DNA of 57,158 bases from Hyphochytrium catenoides (Eukaryota; Protista; Hyphochytriomycota). The position numbers and the translations under genes are program-made. The stretch is from the NCBI GenBank assembly GCA_900088475.1, contig FLMG01000131.1, positions 1 to 57,158 on the forward strand, given 5' to 3'. Below, piece after piece: positions 23,501 through 34,464 of this stretch (the first letter of the stretch is position 1; the number at the start of each line of letters is the position of its first letter). The notes below the pieces were generated by a model. That model did no database searches. It had not been told where the DNA came from and was given only the letters and a program-made list of their open reading frames with translations.

Positions 23501-23710
23501 TGCGGTAACTGGATGCGGATGTCGCAGGAGTCTTTTCTAGAAGGGGAAAAGAGAGTTAGCCGACGGCCCATTGCAGTGGGCAAGCAAGCAGTGTGATGTA
23601 GACCTGCCCAAAGTGATATCCTGGCACACTTGGAAACGGCCACCTTCCTTTCCGTCCCGCTTGATGACAATGATGGTTCCAAACGGAGCCACCTTAGACG
23701 GTCCTTCCAT
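17535..23710 (-). CDS. Large Ki-67-like protein: N-terminal FHA domain, tandem S/T-P repeat array, acidic blocks and basic C-terminal tail
   Basis: Exons 1-3 splice to MEGPSKVAPFGTIIVIKRDGKEGGRFQVCQDITLGR|KDSCDIRIQLPQVSRLHASVRICRRGK|VILESLTQSNVTLLNDEALRKPTAVPHGAIIKIADRSFRWEY, with the FHA GR, SxxH and N motifs. This is followed by the 1139-aa ORF 19672-23091 and downstream ORF-exons 19221-19601, 18939-19205, 18635-18823, 18351-18629 and 17578-18333. The last micro-exon is predicted as KA* (TAA at 17535-17537). Some internal junctions were not fully resolved. Confidence 0.8.
19760..21771 (-). repeat. Protein-level tandem repeat array (about 23 units of 25-29 aa) inside the Ki-67-like gene
   Basis: Consensus approx. 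H-[FY]-S-x(4)-[LIV]-[PS]-[ST]-P-[LIV]-[KR]-x-[ED]-[LIV]-x(3)-A..R-P-P, e.g. HFSALPHLPSPLKNELGAAASARPP and HFSMLPRISSPLKKEVEQAVDSRPL. The period is about 29 aa in the N-terminal part and 25 aa in the C-terminal part. Confidence 0.9.
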
Positions 23711-25029
23711 TTCTCGAGGGGTTTTAAAGCTCTTTAGCACGATAGTCTCTCGCAACCCCACATCTACTAGGGGTAAGCTGTTCCCTGGTAATGAAAGGGC
23801 ACCTGCGATGCAAAGATGCTTTGAAGAAAACGTTGCCGGCACCGGAAAAGCTAGAACTTTTAGAAGTAGTTCAGGCCTGAGGTCGGACCGTGCTTAAGAT
23901 TTCAAGGCGCCTCTAGGTTCTGTCTAGAAAGCTCTGTTTCTATGTAAGTCCGGAAGTACTGAGCTCTAGCAGTGTCTGCTGGAGCTTCAACGGAGCTGCT
24001 TACCTGGCGATCATGAAGCTCTGATAAAGGGACAGAGCCCGTAACGCGGGACAGCGCCGAGCTTTGAGCGCGAGAGGTCAGAAGCTTCGTGTCACTTTGA
24101 TATTTGAATTTTCGTGGCAACCGTTATCGTGAGAATTCTGAATTCGGCGCACTCTATCCAGCATTCTGAGCCATAATTTAAGCGCGAAGGACGCAATTTC
24201 CTTTTTATAACAAGCATCCTGAACTACAGGTAAAAGAACGGCTCTGTAAGGAGAGAGGAGAGAGCAAGAATAAAGCATTCTCTGCTCTTTTCAGAATCCC
24301 TCTAATTCCTATCGGACGGAGGTTACTGAGTCCTTGCACCTCACTGCAGCTAAAGAGTTTATTTCTAAGTACCAATCTGACTTTATTGTCGTTTGGGGCA
24401 CTAAAAAGTTGTCCTAATTACCTTTATAAGAATAGACAATTTCTTTTCTATCAATCCGAGGGCGGCGCACGTTATGGTAGATTAATCATAATGACGCTAG
24501 CTGTAATGAATGGGGCGGCTAACGATCAGTCCAACGGCAGGACGAACCGACACGATAACCAAAAACTGCTGCCGCTGCTGCCGCAGGACACTGGCCCGGC
24601 ATCAGGGAGAGCAGAGAGCAGCAGCAGTCTGCTGTGCCGCTCAACTGATGGTCAGGCGTTTCTCTTCTTCTCACTTCCTTCTCATGGCGCGTCTGTGAGC
24701 AGGACACAGCGGCAAACCACAGAGACATCATAGTTTGTGGGAAGGAGTAAGCAACTAGTTACCTTAGCAGGACGGCAAGAAGATTAAGTCAGAGACACAG
24801 CGGGGATCGTTGCTAACAGCCATCTTTCCCCTTGCTGGATTCTTGTTTCCTCGACCGCTGTAAAGCAAGGTTGATTAAGGGCCCTGAACAGCGGGCTTCA
24901 TTTACAAATTAGCCTCCAGCCCTCGGCAAGCCAAGCTCAGCTGCGCGGCCGATGAAAGCTCTTTCAAGATTATCTAGGTCTGATTGACTAGCGCTCAAAC
25001 CCTTTATCGCATGATTGTCAAAGGACAGA

Positions 25030-26134
25030 ATGTCTACTCTCGATAGAGAAAGCATCAAAAAGCGACGTGGCAGTGCTCGCTCATCCTTTGAGAAGCCCAT
25101 ACAGTTTCCCGAGCTAAAGGGTTATCTGAAGAAGAAGTCACGTCAAGACAAATGGCAGCGACGATGGTTTGAAGCTAATGATACATTTCTTACTTACTAT
25201 AAGGTGACGTGCAGCCCTTCGTCGCCGTATGATGGCCTTCCACAGGAGGTCTAAATTATATGCACTTCCAGGTAGAAGGCTCGGAGAAGCTCCTTGCTTG
25301 TATAGACTTGACCCAAGTCAACGAGATCGCGAGGGTGGACAACAGCGATCAGCAGCACTTAGGAGAGTTTTATATTGGCCTTGGCGAGCGCTTCTACGTC
25401 ATCAGAGCTGAGACGGATGAGGAGGCAAAACGTTGGGTGGAGGTGCGTTCTATGTTGCACTCAATTGCAATACCAACGGGGCTAAGTGGACTTTATTGCT
25501 TGCTTGTAGGGCTTAAAGCTCCGTCAACAGACGAAGAATGCCTCATCGACCTCGTCCGATCTTGCTGCAACTGAGAATAACTCAGGCAACGAAGTGCTGA
25601 AGGTCCATTCAATAGTATAGCGTTAGACATGTTGCCACTGTCTTACTTGAGCGTCATTGTTTCTTCAGGTCCTGACAGGCAATGAGTACGTGGAGCCAGG
25701 GGATAACAGCAGCTGCGACACTAACTCCACCGCCACGGGAGCACTGGCAGAGACTGACGAGTTGGATAAGTTGCCGTCTGCTATCGACACTACCGAACCC
25801 AAAGCAAGTGGAGGACAGTCCAATTCAAAGGTGCAAATAGAAGGCACAACAGGAGAGCCTGCAGTACTTTCTGGAGAAGTGAAGCTTGAGGTGGGGCTAG
25901 AACAGGAGCAGCCGCCGGGTTATAGGAGTGTGCCAGAAGCAACATTGCATCGGGTTGCTGGCGCAGGTGATCCGTCGAAAGAAGAGGTAAGCAGTCTGGT
26001 GCTCAAGTAACGCCGCAGGTGCTGACCCCACAACCCAACTAAATCTCCCCCAGGCTCTAGAAAATGCGTCAGAAGACGAAGTCAAGAGTGGTGATCGCCC
26101 CTGCCTGTCCTGCTGCAGCTGTGTCGTTCAATAG
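25030..26134 (+). CDS. PH-domain protein with C-terminal cysteine cluster and CaaX motif; 5 exons
   Basis: PH domain: ELKGYLKKKSRQDKWQRRWFEAND..YYK|...FYVIRAETDEEAKRWVE|GLK. The last exon (acceptor 26052-26053) reads ALENASEDEVKSGDRPCLSCCSCVVQ* with TAG at 26132-26134. Confidence 0.82.
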
Positions 26135-26479
26135 GGTAAACACCTCCTTGTCTTCTAGAGTATTGGTGTATCGATGTACGATAACGGAGCCAAACGGTCT
26201 TCGGCGCTTCGTCTTGGTGTAGTGTCTTTTATATAAATTACAGCCCTACTCCTTTGCTCCATCTGAAGATGGAGAATGTACTCCTACTTCCTAGTGGGGA
26301 TTTTCCCATATATGGGGGTTAAAATAGCATGAGGGATAGAATAACGGAACAGCGGCCGCATGGGATAGAGGTAGCCATAGAGGGAAGTAAGAGATGGTGA
26401 TTTGCTGCTGGTGCAAGAAGGGAAGTTTGCATGCACAAGCTGAGTAGGGCTAAAGAAAAATAACGAAGACTGTCTTTGA

Positions 26480-27999
26480 GAGCTCCGTCATTTCATGTTG
26501 CCTTCTTTTTTCTTGATCGGACCTCTCCTTCAATGCCCTAGCTGAACAGCTTACTTCGCTCCTGGTAAGTCTTTGTCCATTTATCTAGTCATCTCCTTTT
26601 GTGCCACCCTCTGGTTTACCCTAATAACCAACCTGCCCAAGGGCCCGGTGCCCCCGGAAAATGGGCGAGTAATAAATAAACCTAGTGGCATGATGAGGCT
26701 CTGCCCCGCTTCTTCGCCAAGTCTTGGGTCGGCGCGTGACAAAAAGAGATTCTTGTCAGACGACGATGGAAAGAGGTTGCTTGCAAAGACGTCCACTGTT
26801 ATTCCTGGCACCTGCATAGTCCTTTTCCAGCACTACTCCGGGGCCATCGCTTTCTCGTATAAGCATTCGGTTGTCAGTCGAAGCTGAGCCCGTTCCACGA
26901 AGTCCTGGTACTTCTTGGTGTCGACCTGTATTAGGGGCCTCTCATCAGTATGGCGATGCAAACCTTCCTCACCACTGCAGAGCTGCTGGATCTGGCGCTA
27001 TATTTGCTGGGACTGAATGGGCTTTGTCTCGTTTGCCCGCCTAATAAGGGTGTTAGCGATGTGTATGGCCTACAAGGTTAAGCTGGCCAATAGCAAGAGC
27101 ACAGTTACTATCTTTTTTATCTTTGAAGCCAATGTCCGAGACCCTTCATTACTAGATAAGGTTACGAGACATATTTGTTAGTTTCCAGCTCCGGCCTTCT
27201 ACAGGCCCTCGTAGCCATACCACGTCTACCCCGTGATGCCCTAGGTTCTCAAGAAAGCTGGACAATAGGTTCAGGAAAGCAGAGTGGCTGAAGGATATGA
27301 TCAACTCCAAGACGGGAGTGGAGACAACATAAGAAAGAAGGTCAGTTGTCTTCATGCCGTACAAAGAGCCAATCAGTCGGCCATCCAACAATGCGACTTT
27401 CTAAGGTATTACCATTGCCAATGTATCGCGTTTGGTCTCTAGACTATCCCTATTCTCGAGAAAGTACATAGCATAAGCCCTTAGCAAAGCGGCACTTCTA
27501 TAACAGACAGATAGCATTCTACTTGTCATGTGAATCCATATGACGATATGGCCAGCATGGTCGATGTCGGGAGAGGGCAAAAGTGTCAGTCTACCGATCA
27601 GGTTCAAATCCGTTGTCTCAGCGTTGTGCCGTTTTCAACCGACCCTCATAACCGTGAGATTGCTGCTACGCTACGGCTTGATAGCAGTGAGGCAGTAAAT
27701 ACGATGCCTGCAAGTGGTGAGGATAGTCGGTAGCACTGTCCTAAATAACGTCACTCCACCCAGCCACCAGGCTGAGGAGCTCATAATGCAAAGCTGATGG
27801 GATAATGAGGCATACTGATGAAGCTTCAGCGTCAGCCTCATCATCAGCTTCAGGTGCAGACTTGTTCTCTATCCCGTATCCATCAACCCACCCACCACCA
27901 CATAAACAGAGATTCACTGTCTGATAATCAACGTTTGTGATCCTTTGTCAATGATTCCTCAGGGGCTTTAAATGTGAATTCCATTGTCTGCACTTCCAT
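26480..27999 (-). pseudogene. Probable decayed multi-exon gene of unknown family, head-to-head with RPL37A
   Basis: ATG at 27999 (MEVQTMEFTFKAPEE) is followed by protein-like blocks bounded by GT/AG (ADDEADAEASS|gt, AYAMYFLENRDSLETKRDTLAM|gt, ag|VDTKKYQDFVERAQLRL). These are interrupted by in-frame stops and frame changes. Confidence 0.35.
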
Positions 28000-28309
28000 C
28001 GCTTAAAGTACAGCAAGCAAGACCTCACCAATCAAGGTTTCGCTTAGCCCTACATTAATCTCGCACCCTGTATTACTACACCCTAAACAGATAGTGCTTT
28101 AGCGCATTATGGTCATTTGAAGGGGTGTATTATTGCTAGAGGAGCGTATTATTGTTTAGCGCGGCACCATCGGCTGGTGGGCGCTGATGGAAGAAGAAAA
28201 TCACGGGATGCGAGCTCTGCGGATCGACAGAAAAAGAGCTCACTTGCTCACTCTGCCAGTCCGCATCTAGACAAGCTTTGTCTGAAAGTTCCATCGCCAG
28301 GTATCAAAA

Positions 28310-28869
28310 ATGGTAAGTAGAGAGAAGTTTGCTGTAAATGATTGGAGTATGTGGCGGTGGGGAGCGTGAGCTGCAATGTCCGGGCTGTAATGTCCGGGCT
28401 GTAATGTCCGGGCTGTAATGTCAAGGTCCATGTAGGCGAAGCTGTTCAAAAGGATGCTGCTTCATGCCTAGGCTTGGTCAAGACACTCCTTTCTAAGGCT
28501 ATGTTTCTGTTGGCAACAGGGTAGACGCACTAAGAAGGTCGGTATTTGCGGTAAATACGGAACCCGTTATGGTTCCTCTCTGAGAAAGATCGTCAAGAAG
28601 ATCGAGGTGACTCAGCACTCCACCTACAACTGCGTATTCTGCGGCAGAGACTCTGTGAAGAGAAAGGCTGTCGGTAGGTTAATATAAAGTCGAATCAATC
28701 CGGTTTGTATGCCATGCTTAGGGTTTGTCGTTTAGGAATCTGGGTGTGCAAGGGCTGCCATAGAACCGTGGCAGGTGGTGCATACACTCTCGCTACCCCC
28801 TCTGGAGCTACCCTGCGATCTACCATGGCCCGTCTCCGTAAGGTGCAGGGCGAGTCTCTTATGGCTTAA
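28310..28869 (+). CDS. RPL37A: 60S ribosomal protein L37a / eL43; exons 28310-28312, 28520-28673, 28736-28869
   Basis: Spliced product [96 protein letters not shown]. It has the C4 zinc finger and KYGTRYG motif. Missing from the ORF track because the exons are short. Confidence 0.97.
28370..28425 (+). repeat. 14-bp minisatellite x4 (GCTGTAATGTCCGG) in intron 1 of RPL37A
   Basis: gctgcaatgtccgg gctgtaatgtccgg gctgtaatgtccgg gctgtaatgtcaag read directly from the sequence. Confidence 0.9.
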
Positions 28870-30203
28870 GGTAATCATAAAAAGGTTTCTTTATGAAAAG
28901 TATAGACCGCTAAGATCTCTCTTTATCACCAGTTAAGTCTCAGACCCCTGTAACCGTACACGATACCTTGCAGTCCAAAGTCGGCCTGCTAGCGGACTGT
29001 GTGATATGACATGAGCGATGGAATAAACTCTTTAGGTCTTCTCCTATCAGGGGCTCCCACACGCTCTCCTCCTTTGACCTATCGCCTTTCAATCCATTCC
29101 TCTCTTATTCTCCTTGACTCTGTCACTCGTGTAGCGAAGGGGACGAAGCCCAGAAGTTCATGACAGGGCCCATTCCATTCATGATAAGGCTTTCTCAGTC
29201 ATTAGGTTATGGGGCGGGGTCTTAGGGACGCCGAAGTCAACTCGAAATGCTGTAGCTCTGGAGCTTCATTATGTAGTTTCGATGAACGCCCCAATGCGTG
29301 AGAAGTGATAGGTCCTTCTTGTTTTGGCTCATTCTGATGCCCTTCACCTCAGCCACTATTGATACTTGATGTCTAGGTCATCACTCAAACCAGGAGCTGG
29401 CTATGCGTTGAATGACTCTTGATACTCTTTGCTAGGAGAGATTGTGTATGGGCCTTCCTAGGCAGCCTGCACACTAACGACTAGCATCAGCACCGATAAT
29501 ATTTATTCTACTGTAATGCTTTTCGACTCAGTCCTGTTGAATGTTGCTCAAGTTGCTCTTGGCTGACCGCTAACTTGCTCCTTGCATCAGTGGGTGCCCG
29601 GTGACACCCAGTCCAAGCTCGTCCTAAAGAATAGCTAATAAAAGGATAATGATCAATCGCATGATTGATGGCATACGACAGCACAGGAACAAGGAATTCG
29701 TAGCTGGTAACGGCCACAAATTACAAGCCTTGAGAGAGAGAGAGAGAGCTGTTCATCCTTAAAATGGTCTTATGATCTCGTCAGTCATTCATGATTTCTT
29801 GAGTTTCTGATGATGATGATGATGAATCAGATGGGACAGCTGCAGCTTCCACTAGCACTAGAAAGCTCCTGAGCATCCAGGGTCATGGGCCGACAAGGAT
29901 ACTCGGCACAGAGTGGACAGAGAGCGGGTGGTTAGCCAGGGTTGTATAAGCTGAAGTTGCTAGGGTCAGGGTGTCTGCGCCTCTCGCGCCAGCCCATTGA
30001 GCCAAGCTTCAGCTCTGTTGCTGGAGTGTAGAAAGTGAAAGCACCGTGAGCTTCTTTGCACCTTGGGACAACATCATGAACACCAGCCGCCTAGTACACT
30101 GCTATCGTCGCTTTAGGCCTCGAGGCTTGCAAGCACTGGAGCAAAGGCCGAATAATGCACATAGGAACCCTATTCGTAAGTAGACGGGGTTCGCTTGCCG
30201 GCA

Positions 30204-32935
30204 ATGAGCCATCCTCCTCGCTTCTTTTCTGTCATGGATTCACAAGAAGCGCACCCGCCCCGTAAGACCTTAGTTTCTTAAGAAGAACTCATAGCCTCTC
30301 TGTTGCTGCATTCAGGCCTCTTGTCTGTCTATCGTCGAGCAGAACCTCTAAGGAGCGTTGGTGCCCCTTTACCACTTGCCACTCTGTTATTGGGAGCAGC
30401 AGTAGGTGCAGGGTTTGCTTTCTCAAGCCATCACAGTGGCTGTGAAGAGCAAAAGGCCGCGTGTGACACTCAGGCGCATATAACTCAGCGATGGTACTAC
30501 TACAGAGGTAAGGCCCTCTGATCCTTTTAATGAGTGGCTTCCATTGTCATCCTTTCCACGCGCATTGCTGTCCTAGGGCTCTAGCTCTCTGCGATGCAAC
30601 TGTCTCCTGCTGTCTCCCGCCATTAGTACTATCATCTATCCTCATGTACTCTCAAATAGGTCCGTTATCCAAAGATCACTTGCAGATCTGCAATATCAAG
30701 ATCTTCGCTTGCCAAGAGCAGCCGATTGCATCAGATATTGCGCGATACCTCGGCGTCCCGCTGGGCGACCTGAAGGGTGGGACGACGCCCACCTCAATTC
30801 TTGCTCTGTCCGTCTTTTGACTCTTCTTTGCCTTTTGATCATTTCTTCATCCTCTTCTTCCCTCTCTAGCTCTTTTCCTCTACTCGTCTCTCTAGCTCAA
30901 TCTTTCTAGAGAATCCATAATACTTGTCCCGATTCATCAACCATTTTTGCGCTCCTCGCTTCATAAGTGTCTCTCTTCATCTGCGTCTCTCTTATCTGAA
31001 GCTTCCTCTCTGGTTTTATTGCTGATAAGCTATTGCAGAAGTTGATGAGTTACGACTAACGTCTTGTCCACAGTTGGCAGTTTTGCCGATGGCGAGACCA
31101 GCGTAGAGTTTAAAGAGAGCGTAAGAGGCGATGACGTGTACATTGTCTGCTCTACCACTTCACAAGATAGGTATGGCAAAGGCAAGAAGTCAATGGCAGT
31201 GCCCTTTCCTTCCTTCGCATGTGTGCTGGCAGTTGTTGTTGCTTATCATGGAGACTGGGCGTTGTCGCTGTGTTCCTGTGAGTTTAGTTGCTTACTCAAT
31301 GGTCGCAGGATTATGGAGCTTTTTCTTTCAGCTTCCGCAGCATCTCGTGGCTCAGCCAAACGAATAACTGCAATTATCCCTTTCTATGGTAAGTGATTTT
31401 GTTTGGTTAGGAGGTAAAAGGAGAAGAAGGGCCTAGAGAGGGCCTGTAAAAGCAGGATAGACCCATTTGAGCCTGCTACTCGACTTGAAGCATCCTCATG
31501 GGTAATCTGGTCGGAAGGTTACTCGAGACAAGACCGGATGGCAACTGAGGGAGAAACAGTGGCGGCAGCGGTAAGATAACTTCATCACCTTGCTCGACTT
31601 GTTCTGATAGACTTAGCCCTTCTGCCTTCGGCTGGTCAGGACATAGCGCGGATGCTGGAGGTTGTAGGGATTGATCGAGTCGTAACGATTGACCTCCATA
31701 CAGGGCAGACAGAGGTAGAATGCGTAGTTCCCTCCCCCCTGGCGCTTTACTAAGAATTTCTTCACACTGCTCCCACACAATCATTGTAGGGCTTTTTGTC
31801 ACCAAGAATGCCAGTAAGTGCTTCCTCCTCTCCAACGCTTGAACGTCTGGCTAATCAGTATTTGGACCCCTCTATCCTTTTCTCACTGAATCTATTGTCT
31901 ATCTTCTTCCTATCCACCGTGTCGTTGCCGGTTAGATGGATAACATTCAAGCAATGCCTCTGGGCGCAGCTTACCTCTCTGAATCTGATCTGGATTCGCC
32001 TGTCGTGGTAGCTGCCCAGGAAAATGAAGTGCACAGAGCCAAATCGTTCTTCAAAGCTTACCAACAGTTTAAGGGAAGGAAAGACGGTAAGCAATGAAGA
32101 AAGGAGAACATCATTCTCAATTATAGACTGTGAGGTGCCCGAGAGGGACTCTTCACAGAGTAAAGCCAGGAGGGGCGTCCTGTAGAAGGAAGATCATGGT
32201 GGTTAGGAGGCAATAGGTGGGACTTGCAAGATGACCCTAACGCGTGTCCTTTAAAACAGGCATCTCGTTAGCGATGTTAGTTCGAGCTAGAAAAGACCGA
32301 GGGACAGTGGAGCTAGTAGGAGATGTCGAAGGAAGAGACTGTATCATTGTGGACGACATCGTAGATACAGGAAGGACGCTCCTGTCAAGCTCTCGGCTGC
32401 TAAAGGAGAAGGGAGCGAAGAGCGTCTCCGCCTTCGTAGTTCATGGTCGTTTCTCTGCGGAGGTATGGAAAATGAAGCGGATCCATACCGCGAAGTATTC
32501 TATGTCTAGGTCGTTGGCAAAGTGCGAGCCCAGTCTCCCTCTCCTTCGCCGCTATCCCAGCTTCTCAATGGCCGCTAAGTCATCATTTGGATCGCGTTAT
32601 ATATACAGAGCGTGAGGCTTGTCGAGGAGAGTCCAGACTTAGACAGGCTGATAATTTTGGACACAATCCCACCCCCTCCAGCCTACGACCCCGAGGTAAG
32701 CAGAGAGTGGCTGTGACGGTTAGGACGAGTGGAGGCACTGTCAAGAGACAGTGGAGAGGGTAAAACACTTTTGTCCTCCTCTAAGATACTCCTCCCACAG
32801 CATAGCAAGATTGAGTACGTCTCAGTGGCGGCTCTATTAGCGGAGCTGATCAAGGTGATACACCTGAAGGGATCCATCACGGAGATTTTTAACCCAGAGA
32901 TTCACGGCACGATTGACCGTCCTAAGGGGCCATAA
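30204..32935 (+). CDS. Ribose-phosphate pyrophosphokinase (PRPP synthetase) family protein, divergent, with N-terminal extension; about 11 exons
   Basis: Motifs [34 protein letters not shown]|[52 protein letters not shown] and [11 protein letters not shown]. The start codon could be 30204 or the next in-frame ATG. Confidence 0.9.
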
Positions 32936-33697
32936 TAAACCTCTGCTTTTCTTTTCAACCTCTTGATGCGTTCTTTGTGTCAGTATAAGAACTTATCCGT
33001 ACGTGAGACAGGGCTATTTGTGAGGCATGGCATGCAGCTCTTCATGTCTGAGCGACAGTGTGCGATCACTTCGTGCCGTGGAGCTATGATGAGGCTCCTG
33101 CACTCATGTGCCTGAGATCAAATCAATGGAGAAGTCAGAAAGAGCCAGAACGGACACAAATCAGTAACCGTCAACGGGGCCTCTTGATAATCAGTTACCA
33201 CTACTCTTGGTTGATCTGATGCTGGTTCTGAAGTTGCAAAGGTTGGAAGCTCATCGCATCTTCTTCCAAAAGTCAGCGCTGCTGTTAGGAAGAAGTATTG
33301 CCAGGTCGCAGCAACAAGTAGGGCCAACCGACGGCTCTCCAGATCTTCTCTGCTTCCCAGGTTTTTGTTAGAGTTATACAACCCACTTAGCGCCCTGCCA
33401 CAAGGGCTGAAGCCAAGGTTGAAGCCTATCAAGGGCCCAGAGTATCCTGGCCCAGCGATGATCTAGAGACAAAGTGCCGCATAGTCGGAGCTTAAGAAGG
33501 TCCTTACTCAGACTGGCACAGTCACCCAGCAGGTTACCATCAGCTCGTGGTCCAGAGCCGATAGATTTCTCTCACCAGTAGACAAGCCCTGTGATTAGGG
33601 AAGCGTGCTAGTCAACAGCCCTTTCACTTGGCTTAGTTCTGAGCGCCGACCTTGGTCCTCCATCTATCTTCCCAACAGCCAAACCATAAAAGAACTG

Positions 33698-34464
33698 ATG
33701 GTGTTTTGCGGTAGGTTCCTCCGGATTACTTCCTAACTTCAGACTAATGAGATATCTCGGAAATGTGGTGGTTCTCAGCTGCATGCGGACAACGGGGAGA
33801 CGAAGACGCTAGATTTTGCGGTGAGGTCAATCGTAGCTTCTTTGGAGAAAGTCTTACTTCTCTGCGCCTTTCTCCCCTTCATTGTCCTAGTACAGCATCC
33901 TCTCTCTCTTTTCTCTTCTCTCTCTCATTTTTAAGACTTCAAAAGCGCGATCACATTAATGACGCGGACACTGATCGGTACAGTCTGTGAACCTGCTCTC
34001 AGGTAAATGCGGACAGCCACTCTTCGACCCCAGCCAAGCTCCAGCGTCTTCTCCCCTACCAGCATACCCTCCGGAGACTGTAATCCTTTTGGCTGATGGT
34101 TCCACTGCAACGTACGGTGAGCCATTTCAAACATTAGTCAGTGGCCAGGTGATAGGGATGGACGGCCAGTGTCTCCACGCGGTGCAGGCGACGCAATTTA
34201 CTATCTGTGGCGTGCTTCTAGCGATTATCTTCTTTCCTCTAGGCGTCCTTTGCTGCCTATTGCTGACAGAGCAGCGGTAAGACCTGCTGGCTGGCACATG
34301 GCATATGATAGTTGTACACTGAACCAAATGCGCAACGTTTCACTTGCTTCTTGACCGTGTCAACTCTCCTCCTCATTTGATGACTCTGGCTAAACATTTT
34401 GCTTGCCTCTCCGTTGCTGTGCTCCTTCTTAATCAGCTGCGTCCACTGTGGGGCTTACCTCTGA
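33698..34464 (+). CDS. Small membrane protein: N-terminal zinc ribbon plus BRI3-like (brain protein I3) cysteine-rich domain; 4 exons
   Basis: Spliced product MVFC|AACGQRGDEDARFC|GKCGQPLF...PAYPP...QCLHAVQATQFTICGVLLAIIFFPLGVLCCLLLTEQR|CVHCGAYL*. The FTxCGxxLAIxFFPxGxLCC..CxxCG pattern is the BRI3 signature. Confidence 0.8.

Noticed and set aside
27700-27999. BCP1/BCCIP-like identity for the decayed gene (MEFTFKAPEE, acidic patch)
   Set aside because: Similarity is limited to a few residues, and downstream family motifs were not recognisable.
28370-28425. CRISPR-like array or intronic snoRNA
   Set aside because: The units are contiguous with no spacers and the context is eukaryotic. No convincing C/D box pair or H/ACA structure was seen.
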